A stretch of 63,027 nucleotides of DNA, the filler included, from Sphacelaria rigidula (Eukaryota), in NCBI GenBank assembly GCA_964200075.2. It is 10 parts of 10 records of this genome, joined end to end, with 100 filler letters (N's around TTAATTAATTAA, not from the genome) between each part and the next. Parts side by side here need not be neighbours in the genome. Positions count along the whole stretch, not along the records: positions 18,940 to 25,152 come from CAXNAA020021471.1; positions 25,253 to 31,465 come from CAXNAA020021472.1; positions 31,566 to 37,778 come from CAXNAA020021473.1; 7 more parts are not named here. One strand, given 5' to 3'. This document shows, piece after piece, positions 23,418 to 36,800 of the stretch. Position 1 is the stretch's first letter. Every line of letters starts with the position of its first letter. The notes under the pieces are model-generated. The model worked only from the letters and a program-made list of their open reading frames with translations, was not told the origin of the DNA and did no database searches. The position numbers and the translations under genes were made by a program.

Positions 23418-24599
23418 TACTGTATATCTCGACCGATACCCACTTGGTTGCTCGATCTCTCACCCCTTGAAATTGCCAGCACGCTCGATCCCTTCAGTTG
23501 AAATAGCTGGCGACCGAACTGTTCCGCCGTGCGTTTCTTCGCTGGAATTTTGTCCATGTAGAAAATCATGATATATGTTCGAGGAAGGGCGAAGAGAACG
23601 TACAGCCATCAGAATGATGTCCAATCATCAACGATCTATCTTCGAAGCTTCTTCGCCTTTCCACTCCAGACACGTTACAGGCTGTACATGTAACGTGCTA
23701 TCACAGCGGAGATTCATGTATCAGGAGTTAGTTCCGCACCCACACAGCTTTCAACCTCTGTCACGACCAACTTCACCTCCACGTCCAGCGTACACGCGAG
23801 GCATGTCTAAAGACCCAGTGTCGAACAATCATGTGCCACACGGCGTCTTTTGAACACAGCGGTCGTGAGTACATTCTGTCAGTCTATCTACAGGTATATC
23901 TACTGCCCATGAAGCCACAGCAACACGAACTCGGGGTTTTGAGAGTAGAACATCGCGCCTTCCTCTGTCCAGGAAGAATTTCACACATGTAGATAGTGCG
24001 GAGCGATTTCCGCCGCAGGTTAACGGGGTATAACACCCGGCAGGTAATGGTCTCTACTGAACCTAGGTGCTCTACACAAACAAGGCTCCATGCTTCCGAG
24101 ATGTGCAGTTCTTCATCGCATCGAAAAGATATCTTCCCAATGACACCGTTCTCAACAGCGGGGCTATCGGCACTTCCGAAGAAATCGAGGTTGAAAACCT
24201 CATGCTACAGAGTGCAAACCCGTCACGTTTTATCGGGTACTATTATACTTCATGGTATGGTGCTGTTGTCTGTCTGTCTGTTTTACCTGGTCTAGCAGCA
24301 ACGAAAAAGGGCGGCAAATCGCAAACCAGTACCATTTTCTTTACCTGAACCGTTCACCCCCATGGTGGTCATAACGTGCCTACTGCCACCGAAGAGCAAT
24401 GCACCGAAGGAAGGGACCTTGGACAAGTTTAGTCGCATTCAAATAAATCACAACAGTAGTTGATTAGAACCAGCTGCTCTTGTTGTACTTGATCCCACCC
24501 GTACGCTCAGACCCGCAGTTTTCATTCGTAACCACCCGCCACCTGTAAAAAAAACGCCGCACGTTACAACAGTGCACAGCTGGTATACTTATACCTTTG

Positions 24600-24849
24600 A
24601 TGGTGCTCGTGCGTGGTCGGAGCGTTATGGCAAGGGGGATACAGCTTTCTTCTCTTGCCTGGGTAGTCGTGCCGAGCGCTGCCTTCGCTGTGGGACTAGG
24701 CTGCAGAGCGATCACCGCATCATTTCGTAAAAAGAGTACGGGAGCCAAAGGGTCAAATGTAGGTACACCAGATGTTGTGAGAAGGGAAACGCCGCATCCG
24801 GATTGGACACCCGGGCAAAAACAGCCACCACCCGACGAGCTACGCGCAG
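24600..24849 (+). CDS. Probable first exon, possibly a flavin reductase-like FMN-binding protein
   Basis: ATG at 24600 or 24627, a hydrophobic N-terminal stretch, then PHPDWTPGQKQPPP, ending at a G|GTCAG donor. The family call comes from my recollection of the HPxWxPxxKQPxP N-terminal motif and is not verified. Confidence 0.45.
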
Positions 24850-25365
24850 GTCAGATCTTGGGTACATACCCTTTCTCAAAACTATTTCAGTATCACACTA
24901 GCTCTGTAGATGGAATTGCACCTGCAGGCTCGTCAAGGGATTGTTTTTTGTGCGTTTTGTGGTCAGATATTGCCTCGACACGATTGCTGTTGTTTTTGTT
25001 CGATAGTGGCCAGAAAAATATATACCTTACGAGCTGGGCCAGCCGAGAAGCGATTCTGCAGTTTGCAGGCCCATTATACGGCCAATACTTGGAGTTGGAC
25101 CCTGAAATTTGGTATGGACAATGAGTAGGGCATAATAAATGAAAAATACTGGNNNNNNNNNNNNNNNNNNNNNNNNNNNNNNNNNNNNNNNNNNNNTTAA
25201 TTAATTAANNNNNNNNNNNNNNNNNNNNNNNNNNNNNNNNNNNNNNNNNNNNCAATGTCCCCTCACTGTTTGGCAGGTACTTGACTCCCCCCTCCCTTCC
25301 CCCAAGGTAAAAGAACCCCCTCCATCCCCCCCCCCCCCCTCCCCCTGGTGTGGTGTGCGTTGTAG

Positions 25366-28300
25366 ATCAATTCACTGATCGACACGATGGAGAAAGAAAC
25401 ACGGGCCGCCGGCGAATGGCTGATGAAGGAAGGAGAGCCGGGTGACGCGATGTACGTCATCCAGACAGGAAAGCTAGAGGTCTACGTTGGGGGTAAACTG
25501 ACGCGTCACGTGGGGAGGGGTGCCGCGGTAGGCGAGCTGGCCCTGCTCTATCACACGCCACGTAGCGCAAGCGTGAAGGTGAACCAAAACGGATCTTAAT
25601 ATGATAATAGTAGCGGTGGCGTTGGTGGTGGTTTTTGACCACTGCTTTTGGAGACTTGTGGTCTTCTCGCAGGGCTTAAAGCGATGATACTTGGAAAAAC
25701 GACTTCGTTTGGCGAAGCGCTTGGCGTATACACGCGTTTGGAGCGAAACACGATCGTGGGCATGGGCTGGTGCTGCTATCTCCGAACATCTTCCAGTACG
25801 TGGTTCGTGTACTGTCAACTTGCAACTGGCAGACTAGCAACCGAAATACGTGCCAACACTATTCAAGCCACGCATGTGCCTCGAAACACATCCTGCCGCC
25901 CCCCCCACTGCTCATCACCATCTCAAGTTCTCTCCTTTATCCCTTCACAACCGTCCGTCTTCTGGTATACATTCCTCCAAAATCGCACTATCCCCGCTGT
26001 ACGAACAGGCCATCGAGGACTGTGTGCTGTTCACCCTTCATCGATCCAAGTTTCGCGAAATGCTGGCGCTCTCTGTCAGCTCTTCGCTCGTTCAGCGTGT
26101 GGCTTGGATGCAAGCGATACCTGAGTTCGTGAGTGGCTCCCCAACACGCGATAGAAGCAGATGGGAAAGGAAGGGGCAAAGGGTAGTCCGCAGGGGGAGG
26201 TTTTGATTTGTAACACGCGCGAGAGGAATGTTTTTATACGGTGCGCGCGCGCGAGGGGAGGGTTATCACTGCGAAATACATGAACTCTCGAGCGAAAGTT
26301 TCACAGACGACTTCCGGCACGCTCATGGATCCATTTTATGTTCGGTTCCTGGGTGACATGCAACCACGGCCATTCATGTCGAGGTACTTCGTCTCATTAC
26401 TTACGTGCGTTCGTGGAGATCCACTGTTCCGACACGGAGTCACTTTGCCTCACCGGCCACAAGGCGAATAGCGCAAACTACGTGGTAGTTCTGGTGAGGC
26501 TTCCACCCTTCCCACCGGAGCACTCATCTATTCCAAATCTTCGCCGCGTATCGGTTCTTCATTTTACCAACATTTCATCGCTTTTCCTGAGCGAACGACA
26601 GACTTTTCAGCATCTACGAAATTTGACGCTTATAACCCCCCTCCCCCCCTCCCCCCCCCCAAACGTTAGAGGACCGCTGTCGATCAGTGCCACTGCTCTA
26701 CTTTATCAACATACTTCAACACCGACAGGTTGTGTCTCTCAGACAAACACTGTCGTACGATGCACTGGATCTTGTCATGGCTGCTCCAGCGTGTTCGTGT
26801 CGCATTCTTCCCCTTCCCAACAGCCGGCGCGAGAAGACACGTTTCATGTATAGACCAAACGAGACGATGAAAAAATAAAAACGATTATCGATCTTGTCTC
26901 GACAGGAACCACTCGACAGCCAGTCCACTTCTCGGCTGGCAGGAGCGTTCAGCACGATGCACCTCCGTCACGGCGAGACGGTCGTCGCCGAAGGGGACAT
27001 CATCGACCGCTGCTTCTTGATAGAATACGGATCTGTCGAGGTAAGTAGTCAGCGGTCTTGATGCCAAAACTATCCATGAATATCCTCGCTCAAGAAGAAG
27101 CACGTTTGTTGTACGCACGGGGGTCATGATCGTTTTCGTTTTCCCCCCCCGTAGCCCGTTCGGGTTTTTGCTGGTATACCATTGTTTTTTGCGGTGTCAG
27201 TGTAGCCCAGCGCTCAAGGTGGCGTTGTAGCGTGCTCCTTCTTGATAGAGTACGAAGTCGCCGAGGTGATTGAAATACGTACGTACAGCTTCGTTTTTTT
27301 CGTCCTTAGTCGAATGGTTGTTGGTATGCTTTTCGTTCAGCTGCACCCGCTCCATCCTAATATTGAGAGTAGACTACGGCCATTCGAACGTGATAGAGTG
27401 AGGGCCCAATCGTGTCACAGCAGAAACCACCCTGTTCTGACCTTGACAGAGCATAGGCCCCTCGAGGCAGAGAGAAAAGTTCCACATTCAATATCTTGAT
27501 AGCATACAGATCAGGCGGCATGGAAAATACTTCCATCGACCCCATTCCGCCAACATCACTGAAGGTCAGAGACTTGGCGCTTTGCTCGCAATGTCCCCTG
27601 CAGCTCAACTGTGATCTGTTGCACAAGTGCGACGGCTGCTTTGTTACGGTGAAACGCGCTTCACGAAGCTGCGCGGCGATTCTCGTCACAAGTTATCTGT
27701 AGTCTGCGGTCGAGAGAGAGGAAGGGAACGTTTTACGACCATCAGATTGGTCTGGGGAAAGCCTCAATGAAGGTTGTTTTGAGATCACCACCGAAGCCAT
27801 GCCGCTATTTTCACAGTCACGTCATTCTCAATCGTGTGTTGTCCTCGAAAAAAATACGTCAAGCATTATATTCCCGATAAAATGTACCTCCGGTTCTCTT
27901 CACGCTTTATCGTTTCGCTTTGCGTTGCATTCTTTCGCACAGGTTACTTCAACCACGGAATCTCCGGAGACCCTAAAGCGGCAGGTGCATGCCGCCTTAC
28001 CAAAAACGAGCATGCCAACATCACCTTCCGCCGCCCCCACCGCACGAGATTTCCCCCCCGCCTTGTCATCCCCAACAAAGACAGCATCAACATCGTCTAC
28101 GACAACAGCAACGACAACAACGACATCGGATAAAGGTGCAGCAACCCCCCGAGAAGAAGCCAAGGCTGCACACAAAGAAGACAGGGCGGCAGCTGGGCCG
28201 GGGGAGGGGAAACTCGACAGTATTTCCGAATGTAAGGCTGGAGAATCGCGGTCGACCGGGAGCACCGCGGAAGAAGCGGCGGGAAGCGCAAATCCCTCGG

Positions 28301-30862
28301 CTAGGTACGGAGTACGACTTTGATGATAGTGGGTTTTTGTTGAAAGCGGCTGTCCAGCCTTGCTTCGTCAAGTGATAAACACGTGTCAAATTTCCGCCCC
28401 GTTTCCCTCGCTCGCCCCCGCACCCCCGACCTTCGCTCCATTGTTCCCGGCCCATCGCTCCCCGCCTCGCCCCCTGCGTGCGCTGCCACCGACCCGGCCC
28501 CACATCTGTGCGTACCGCAGTGCGCTTGAATACGGACCCGGAACGTTCTTCGGCATGCCGGTGCTGTTTTGCGCCGGAAAGGGCAAAAAAACGGCATGCT
28601 GGAAAGCGGCACCTCCTCGCTCATCTTTGGGGGAGGCAAAAGACGCGGAGGCGGAGGGCGGGCTGGGGGGAGCATCGGCGGCACGACCGCACGCGTTCAC
28701 GGGAGCAGTGTGTCCTGTAACGATTACGGCGAAGGAGGTGCGCGCCTGAGGTGGTGGGAGGGAAAAGGCTTGATTTTCCTGGCGCCTGCTACGTAACGTC
28801 TGATAGTTTTCACTTGGTAGACTAACCCACAAGTACCACAAATGCGGCTTTACAGGGCTTGAGTCTCTCCCAGCCTTTGATGGTGGCTTTTACCAACTAT
28901 AGGAGTTCTTGTGGGACTTTTTCAGAGCTTTTCTCGATAGTCTTACCTCTATCACCTCGCTGTGGCGGGTCGGTGTTTGAATGCTATTTGCACTCTTGCG
29001 CAGACTTGCAAACTCCATCACTATACCGCATCGAGGTATCGTGAAATTGTATTTCCCATTTAGGGCGAAACTCGTACCGCGAATCCCTGGTACCGCCTCG
29101 TACCATACCGCCGATCATCCATATCGCGCCGTATCACACCGGTGCCGTCCCGTGCAAACACCGTGAAACACATTCACAGAAAGTAAAAACGTGAAACCAA
29201 ACGTTGTCGAAGATAGAGCACGAACCCATGCGATGTTCTTTCTCCTATATATTGCTTGCACTCGCCCCTCTTCTTCTTGTTTTTCTGAATTTCGTTCTCT
29301 CACGTACGCGATGGCCTTCAGGATTGGGATGCATTTACCTGTTTTATGATGTATACGTACAGACATACCGAGAAGTGTGATTAACGTGGGAGGGTACCGG
29401 TGTAATCGCAACATTTGTTTTCCCCCGCGGTAGGTACCGTAGCCGCCTGGCCTTATAGACCGCACGTTACCGTGCCGTACTGTACGGTAACGTACCGCAG
29501 TTCCGGGAACCATGTTTCCTACTACAGTGCGAGCCCAAGATAATACATTACTACAACGTACCGTACCGCACTTTATAGGTACCGCGCACCGTGTGTCGCA
29601 ATGATCCCACAAGAATCAAGTACCGCACCGTGCGATCATTTTGCAGTACCGCAACGATATACAACGTTTGGTTTCTTTCGCCGTCATGAAAACTCTTCTT
29701 AATAGCCACCGCCTGTTCTGTTGACTTTTCACACACACACAGACACAGACACAGACACAGACACAGACACGGTGGCCGAGGCCGTGTGAAATTAAGAGAA
29801 GACTCGCGTGTTCATTGAATCTATTCGTCCCTCGTATCTCAATCCACGGACGCACAAGGTACAATGACTGGAGGTAGCGTAGCACTGCTATCCCAGTTGC
29901 TCCCAACTTCGCAACCCGCAACTGTGCGAGTGCCCCTACTTGGGCATCATGCTGCGAAAATATGTGGTGTGAACGAATAGCCACGACCACACTTGCAGCA
30001 CATTTCACGCATTATGCGAACTCCACAAACCTCCTACATTCTAGGAGCCGTATAATCCACGTGCCCTTACCGCGAATGTGGATACCCGCTCCCTCACCCC
30101 CGCAGGACCTTCGTCTGAGTTACTTCACTCCGTCTCAGTTCGAAGCCATCGTGGGACCTATTCGAGAGGTGTTTTCCCTCCAGCTCAAGGGTCGCCCTAG
30201 CCTCCTCAAAAGGGCCAAGAGTCAAAGGTGGACCGAAAAGTCGACATAACAATGCTCCCACAAAAGGCACAGAACATACTAGACAGTAGCAGTATACGTC
30301 TGTGCGGTGTATGCATGTAAGATTGGCGAAGTTACGGTTGTCAAGAAATGCGACGGGACGTTTTCGTACCGTGTCAGGGTTGATGCAGTTGTGAACGCCT
30401 TGTGCCGGGGGTAGCAAGGTGTCGTTCAGCGGTTTTCTTTGCTTGCGAAACAGTTCTCTGCGCGCAGCGCATGTCCTGCCCTACTGCAAACAGCAAGTAG
30501 CGCACGTACCTCGAGTCATGGCGCATTCGGATGAACGTGGTGGGGATGAGGGGGCAACCTAGTTATCCTGTGAAGGGGAGGGAGGCAATGTCATGAGGTC
30601 AACGAGCACGAATCAAAGCGCGCAGCGAGTGCCCCCTGCTGCTGTCCGCAGCAATCGTCGACTGAGGTAAAGCAGAAGCGAATATCTCCACTACTCACAC
30701 ACTTTCCTTTGAATCTTGAGCTGAGATCAGTGTGGTGGTTGCTGGTTTCAGGTTCGTCGGGAAGGAGCAGGACGAGCGATTCACACCCGAAGATTTCGAC
30801 ACGAAGCTGTTCCTGGGGACAGGCAGCTTCGGAAGGGTCACTCTCGTCACCTTCAAGGAGAA
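25366..30862 (+). CDS. Cyclic-nucleotide-binding-domain AGC kinase (PKG-like), partial, 7 exons
   Basis: Phase-consistent exons: 25366-25578 (CNB with EGEPGDAMYVI..G and GELALLYHTPRSASVK), 26009-26128, 26906-27040 (GETVVAEGDIIDRCFLIEYGSVE), 27943-28304, 28521-28737 (GPGTFFG), 30106-30227 (QFEAIVGPI), 30752-30862 (EDFDTKLFLGTGSFGRVTLV, kinase glycine-rich loop). Confidence 0.92.
29060..29660. repeat. TACCG/CGGTA-rich repetitive element in a kinase intron
   Basis: Dense recurrences of GTACCG/TACCG. A similar tract lies at about 31215-31420. Confidence 0.6.
29730..29770. repeat. (CA)n/(CACAGA)n microsatellite
   Basis: Directly visible in the sequence. Confidence 0.9.
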
Positions 30863-33800
30863 GTGAGCACACTCACTTTTTCTTCTGCGAGTGTTTCAGT
30901 TCTGTCTCGTCTTGGGTACGTCTATCATGTGACCACGGCTGAATCCCTGGGGAGTCAGTTGAAGTGCGACAATCAATACATCAATCAATCACTGACGTAC
31001 GCACGTACGCGTGGACAACGCAACGCCAACGCCTTACGTTCTTAACCTGGAATCACACCAACGCCCTCTCCACACGACATACTAAACACAGTAAACCCCA
31101 TCAAAAAGAAAGCAAGCAACACGCGCACCCCGAGCGAATCATTACCAAACGTCACACAAGAGAAGCATACCTGCCGTTGGCATGTTGTGATACCTTGCCC
31201 CCCCCGCCCCGCCCGTAGATATCGTAAGGGTATGAGATGTCCCGAATACCGGTACCGGGTACCTGCCTTACCCTCTATACCGAATTCAAAACTGTCATCT
31301 GGCAGTGCGAAGCGTTTCAGATCTGGGGGCAAGCTGGGCAGTCGAAGTTTTCACATGCACCGTAGGTACGGCACCGTACCGAGCGTACCCCCGGTATTTA
31401 CCGGGGTTCCCATACCGTGGTATGCGTGTACGGCGCTTCGCACTTGGTGATTGAGTGCGAGCCTGNNNNNNNNNNNNNNNNNNNNNNNNNNNNNNNNNNN
31501 NNNNNNNNNTTAATTAATTAANNNNNNNNNNNNNNNNNNNNNNNNNNNNNNNNNNNNNNNNNNNNGACAATCTTTGACAAACTAAGAAATTACGGATTCT
31601 GCATACTTCTGACGCTGACTACTGTACCTGACTGGAGCACAGCCAACATACAGTACTGACTGTACACAACAGCGATTAGCACGAACAACGTAAAACCGCA
31701 GTACGTCAACACAGCGGCGATTGATTGATTTTGGATCCCCAAAGCATTTACAGAGACATGCGACTACATATCAGGTTTGCTGACTAAACTCTGAGACTTG
31801 AGCAACTCCCGAGGTCACAGCTTTGAAAAACGAGACACCCTGGGCAACAGCCCACATCGGGAAAAAAAAGTGTACCGGGTACCTGAGAAACAATCTTTCC
31901 GCTCCTGCACTGAACGCAGCACACTTCTATTGATGTAGTCTACTGTACTGTCGAGGGTGCGCCATGACCGTGTTGATATGCTTTCCTTCGCCTGCTTGTG
32001 GGGGCGATTGCAGCAGATCCGCGCCGCTTGCTGCTCTCGGCATTGCTTCAATCGTCACTCGCTATGCACCTATCAAGTCTCCAACACTGTCCAGCACAAC
32101 GGGGTACGCACTGCTCGGGAGGCCGACCTTGGGTAACACTGCCCAACGTTTTCAGAAAGTAGTGATGAACCTCTGTACGACTGTCTGAAAATCTGGCTCA
32201 CCCTGCACCTCCCACAGATAGAGGTGACTCGAGGTGGGTTACAAGATTTTTGCGCGAAGCGCGATCATCGCCGAGCGCTCAAAAATCGGCACTCGTCAAA
32301 AAAGGAGGACCCGTCTGAACTAAGGGAAAGAACCATCACATGAGACATAAAGGCAGATAGCTGCTACGATCAACCGCTTGGGATACAGCAGCTCCGTGCT
32401 GTCTCAGTTTGATTGCCCCAACCTGCACGCGTCCGCCTTGCGTGTCTTTTCTGATCACAGCACCCGACTAGAACTGAACTTTCAAGGACCACCAGCTCCA
32501 CAGTCGTCACACGTAGTCGTTTCAACTGTGTGTGTGCAGCTGTACAACTGTTCAGGCCCTCTCCAGCGCACATTACACCATGTTCATCGTACTGTAGAGG
32601 GCTTGAATGCACAACAGTACAGCGACGACCAAGTACAACATAAAAATGATGGGTGTGGAAAGCGACTTGTTGGTTTGGCATGAGACGAAACAGCCAACAC
32701 CGACAGTAGTCTGCATACAGCACTGCGTGCCGAAAAACATAATTTCGCTCATTTTCTGTAGGGACCAAGGCAGTGAGTGACAGTAAGGCAACTTGGGCAG
32801 TCCCATCTGCAGCGGAGATCCAACCGTCTTCGCAAAGATCCGGACACACCACAGCAAAGCGACAGCTACAGCACATGGGAGAGAGCGTGAGTACGTTTGT
32901 GTTGCAGCACGGTGAAACAGCACATATCCAATGTGATAGGTCTTCCCCTCATTTCAGATGGGTCCTCAATTTTGCCGAGGGCCGATTTTAAAGCGCCCGG
33001 CCATGATCGCGGTTTTTGCGCGAAATTCTTTCAATTCACCTCGACTCAGCCTTATGTGTGGGGGGTGAGCCGAAAAACGTGTCCTGCTGTATCGCATGCT
33101 CGCTTCCTTCGTCTCTGAACTTCCATGCAAGCCGGATACACGTCACGTTTGTCTCATGTTGTTCGTGTTATTCGCTGTCAGTGTCAAGTTGTGCTCCGCA
33201 CTCTTTCTTCGTGCATATGCTGCTGTGCTGACTTCATGAGAACACCAGTGTCACACCGACCGTCTTCGGGGTATGGTCTGGTGTACGCCCTACGCGCGAT
33301 GGTAGAGCTGGTGTGGTATGTGCCGGGAGGACGGAAAACCCTTCGGGTCTGTTGACCAATAGCATGAACACCTAAATGGCCATACCGACTGAAGACCAGA
33401 ATGGTCTTTTCGCTGCCGACTTTGGGGGCAAATATATCCCCCAGACCAGAGTGATCCAAACCTTAAAACCTAGTTGTTGAACCGAAATAGGGTTACATTC
33501 CGGTCTTGCTCTGCATTTCAAGACCGGACCCGATTTTGGTCTTCGCAAACACCCTAATCCTTGCTCAGGCGAATCGAGGTCAGTTTACCACTTGGGATGG
33601 TGAAGAAAGTTCTGAGGAAAAGTTTGGTTTGGTGCAGGTGAGGATGATCCAAAATTGTTCATTCCGCACATGAGCATGATATATGGAACCATACCCCAGA
33701 TCTGTCCATCACCTCTGTGCGTGACAGTCTCGCACGAATTGCGCCGCTTCCCAGCAGAAGCGAGCACACACAGCCAGGACACAGGATACACACACGCAAA

Positions 33801-36800
33801 CCCAAGCACGCACACTCACATACACACACAAGGCCACTGCGCGGCATTCCTACTGCTGTTGCATTTACTGAGTTGCTACAGCTATCTGTCTCCACGTGTA
33901 CCCTGTCGAGAGTAGCGAGGTTGCGCAGTGCACCTCCAGCTGCTGCAGTTGCTGTGAGGGTGATTGAGCGCCGAGGTCAGAGGGACACGGTCAGATACGG
34001 CTCGAGTGCCTCTGTAAATTCTGCATCATCATACCACAGCAAAATTGTGGGCCTGTTGTCGAGGAACCGGACGGAATGGCTCCGACCGGGGTTTCGTTCG
34101 GTCAACACTCCACACCCGGGCGACAGCGCCCATCCTCCGGCGGTAAGTTCTGCACAATACGACTCTGCGCCTTCTACCAGACCATCCTATTACTTACAAT
34201 TGGATTTTGTTGTTGTGAACCGACACGGTTCTCTCGGGGTACTTCACGCGGGACTACTGCATCGCAGGATGGGGCAAAACGCCGAACCAGACATACCGCT
34301 TCTTACAGCGTAGGGGGATCGGGGTCGGGGGCACGGAGGGGGTGCTAGTCGATCAGACGGTTTGGTCGGCGGAGGTGGTGTCAGGGGCGGTCGCGATAGG
34401 AACGACGGCAAGGGGGGGGGGGAGGAGGCGACGGAGAGTCATGCTTATGCGCAAGGTGCAAGGTGCTGCACCGGGGCGTACTTATTTGTTGCTTGCCTTA
34501 GTCTTTTTGCCATTGAGACGGGAGCGGGAGTAGGCACGGGAACAGGGGCGGCATGGTGGCGGCTGGAAAAGAGGAATGTATAGAGACGTTGGGGGGGGAG
34601 AGGTGATGGCCGCGGCGGCGGGGAGGCGGCGGGGGGGGGCGCATGTGGGTGATGATGATGGCGTTTTTTGGGCCGGGCATGATGTGTAGAACTCGTCATC
34701 GCTCAACGCTACGAATTGTCAATGCGAAACCGTCCCAGGGTGCCTGGAGAAGGGCTTGCCATGGAGGGGGCGGGCGCAGTGACAGCAGCGGCAGGAGGCG
34801 TGGGAAAGGGAACGGAGGCGGCGGCGGTGGCTGGAGGGTGTATGGGCGAGGACGGTGGAGGGTCAACCGTTTGCATGAGTCCGGCGAGGGAACTAGTCGT
34901 CCACGACGTGAAGGAGGGCGGCCTCTATGATCTCTGCGTTTGATGTCTCAGGGATAAGGCCGGATTGAACTCGTGAGTCAAGCAGCGCACTTTAGAATCG
35001 TGCACGACATCTGCTTGTACAATACGGTAGGCACCATCCACGGTTTAGGATCACCTGCCGTGTCTCACTCGAAACAAAAATAGCACGAGTCGTTTTTTGG
35101 TTCGCCGAGAGAAGTCCTAAACCGTCGTCCAGAAAGCTGTACGTAAAAAGATCTGTTTGGAATTGCCTCGAAATGATTTTCTCGCCCTGTGTGTGAACGT
35201 TTAATGTTTTTTGTGCTCCTCGGCACTCGATTCCGTTTCGACGATTTAGGGATGCGAGGGGGGCAGATTGCTGTGTCATTCACGAAGTTGTTGGAAAATA
35301 TATATATTTCAGTTTGTATTGCCTTGAGAATTTGTTTTACGATCAAGGCTTCAAGATTAGCGTCTTGGTTTGACCTGCATTTTTAGGGGGGATTTATTTT
35401 TGGCGACATGTTTATAATTCAACAACTGAAACGTTGCAATAAATACCAGAGCGAGATCCGTAATTTTCACGCACAAATTAGCCTACGGTACATATTCAGG
35501 AAAATCGACCGACTTCCAGAAAAAAACGGTAGTATTTTTGGATCGGCCCCGCCTCGTGCGTTTCGCTTGATATTGCCTAGAGGTACGAGTGGAACCAGCT
35601 GAAAATTGGCAGTAACAGGCTTATCGCTTTATTTTATTTTATGTTTCCAGATGTTTGCCGGGGTGATTCGCGTAGTTAATACTTCCTCAGCTTGCATGAA
35701 GCGGCTGTTGCTCTAATGGAGGAGTGCAGGGTCACGGCGGCGAATCTGATGGCGTGCAGGACACTTCGATAGCGTAACGGGTAATAGTGGCGGGGACGGG
35801 ACGGGTCGCGGGGCAATCGGCGGGGACGATAAGGAGACTCGTCACTGGCGCGATGTAAATAAACATGGAACCGTTGCTCCGCAAAGTGTTGGCGACGGCC
35901 GCTGGTGCGACGAACCTCATGGGAGCACCGACTCTGCTTCGCTTGCACGGCTTTTCTGTTGAGCTGCTGGTCCCCGACGCAGCCGAGCGTGAAATGCCAA
36001 GGAGTGAACTGTGGAGGAGGTGGAGCACTACTCGAATATTGTGAGGCAAGCAGCCACTGTAGTTTATTTACGTTGCGCTCTGGCCCAGCTTTATCACGTA
36101 TTTGGTATAGGTCAAGGTGAACCTTATCGCTGCCGAACTACGACTCTCCCATGACCGCATGAATGAGAAAGTGGGTGCGGGCATTGAATGTTGTTTTCGT
36201 CTCGTTTTTTTTAATCGATCATTGCGAAGATTTTGTCGCAAAGTGTGCTTTTGCTGTTTCATGACGATGCACAAGGTAGTATTCTGCTATTCAAAAGCGC
36301 CCCCTCCGTTATATCATCTGACATTATTTTGCGCAAAATTGCTCTATGTGCCCGTCATCATTCCTCCAGTGCGTATTCTATTCGGTGCGGGAGGGTTTGG
36401 GACCCCTTTCCATGCTGTGAAGTGCTTGCAGGTTTCACTATCTGGCTACAATCCTGGAGAAAGTACGAGTGAGGAGGGATTGTTTCAAGGCTACGGTCTA
36501 CTCTTCAACATCAAACCGCCCGCCTCACGATTGAAAACCTGATCCGTCTCTCGGAAAGTGCGCTGGACTGTACCTATCCTCAGATGGACCTGACGAGACA
36601 AATCACGGCCCGCAGTGTCTAGCTTCGTTCGGTGAGATCAGGACGTGTCACGAATTGGTGGGCGTCCTTCTCAACCCGTATGAGCAGGACCACTCCAAGA
36701 AAAAAACAATTTTGCGTTCTCTGAATATGATGGGCTGTGATCCCTGCGCTTTCACGGTGACTCTCACGAACGAGCTCGGGAACTAGGCCATCAGCCGCAG

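Noticed and set aside
33717..34943. GC-rich overlapping ORFs as a gene
   Set aside because: No recognisable domain and no consistent exon chain; the region is interrupted by a dispersed repeat and G-runs.
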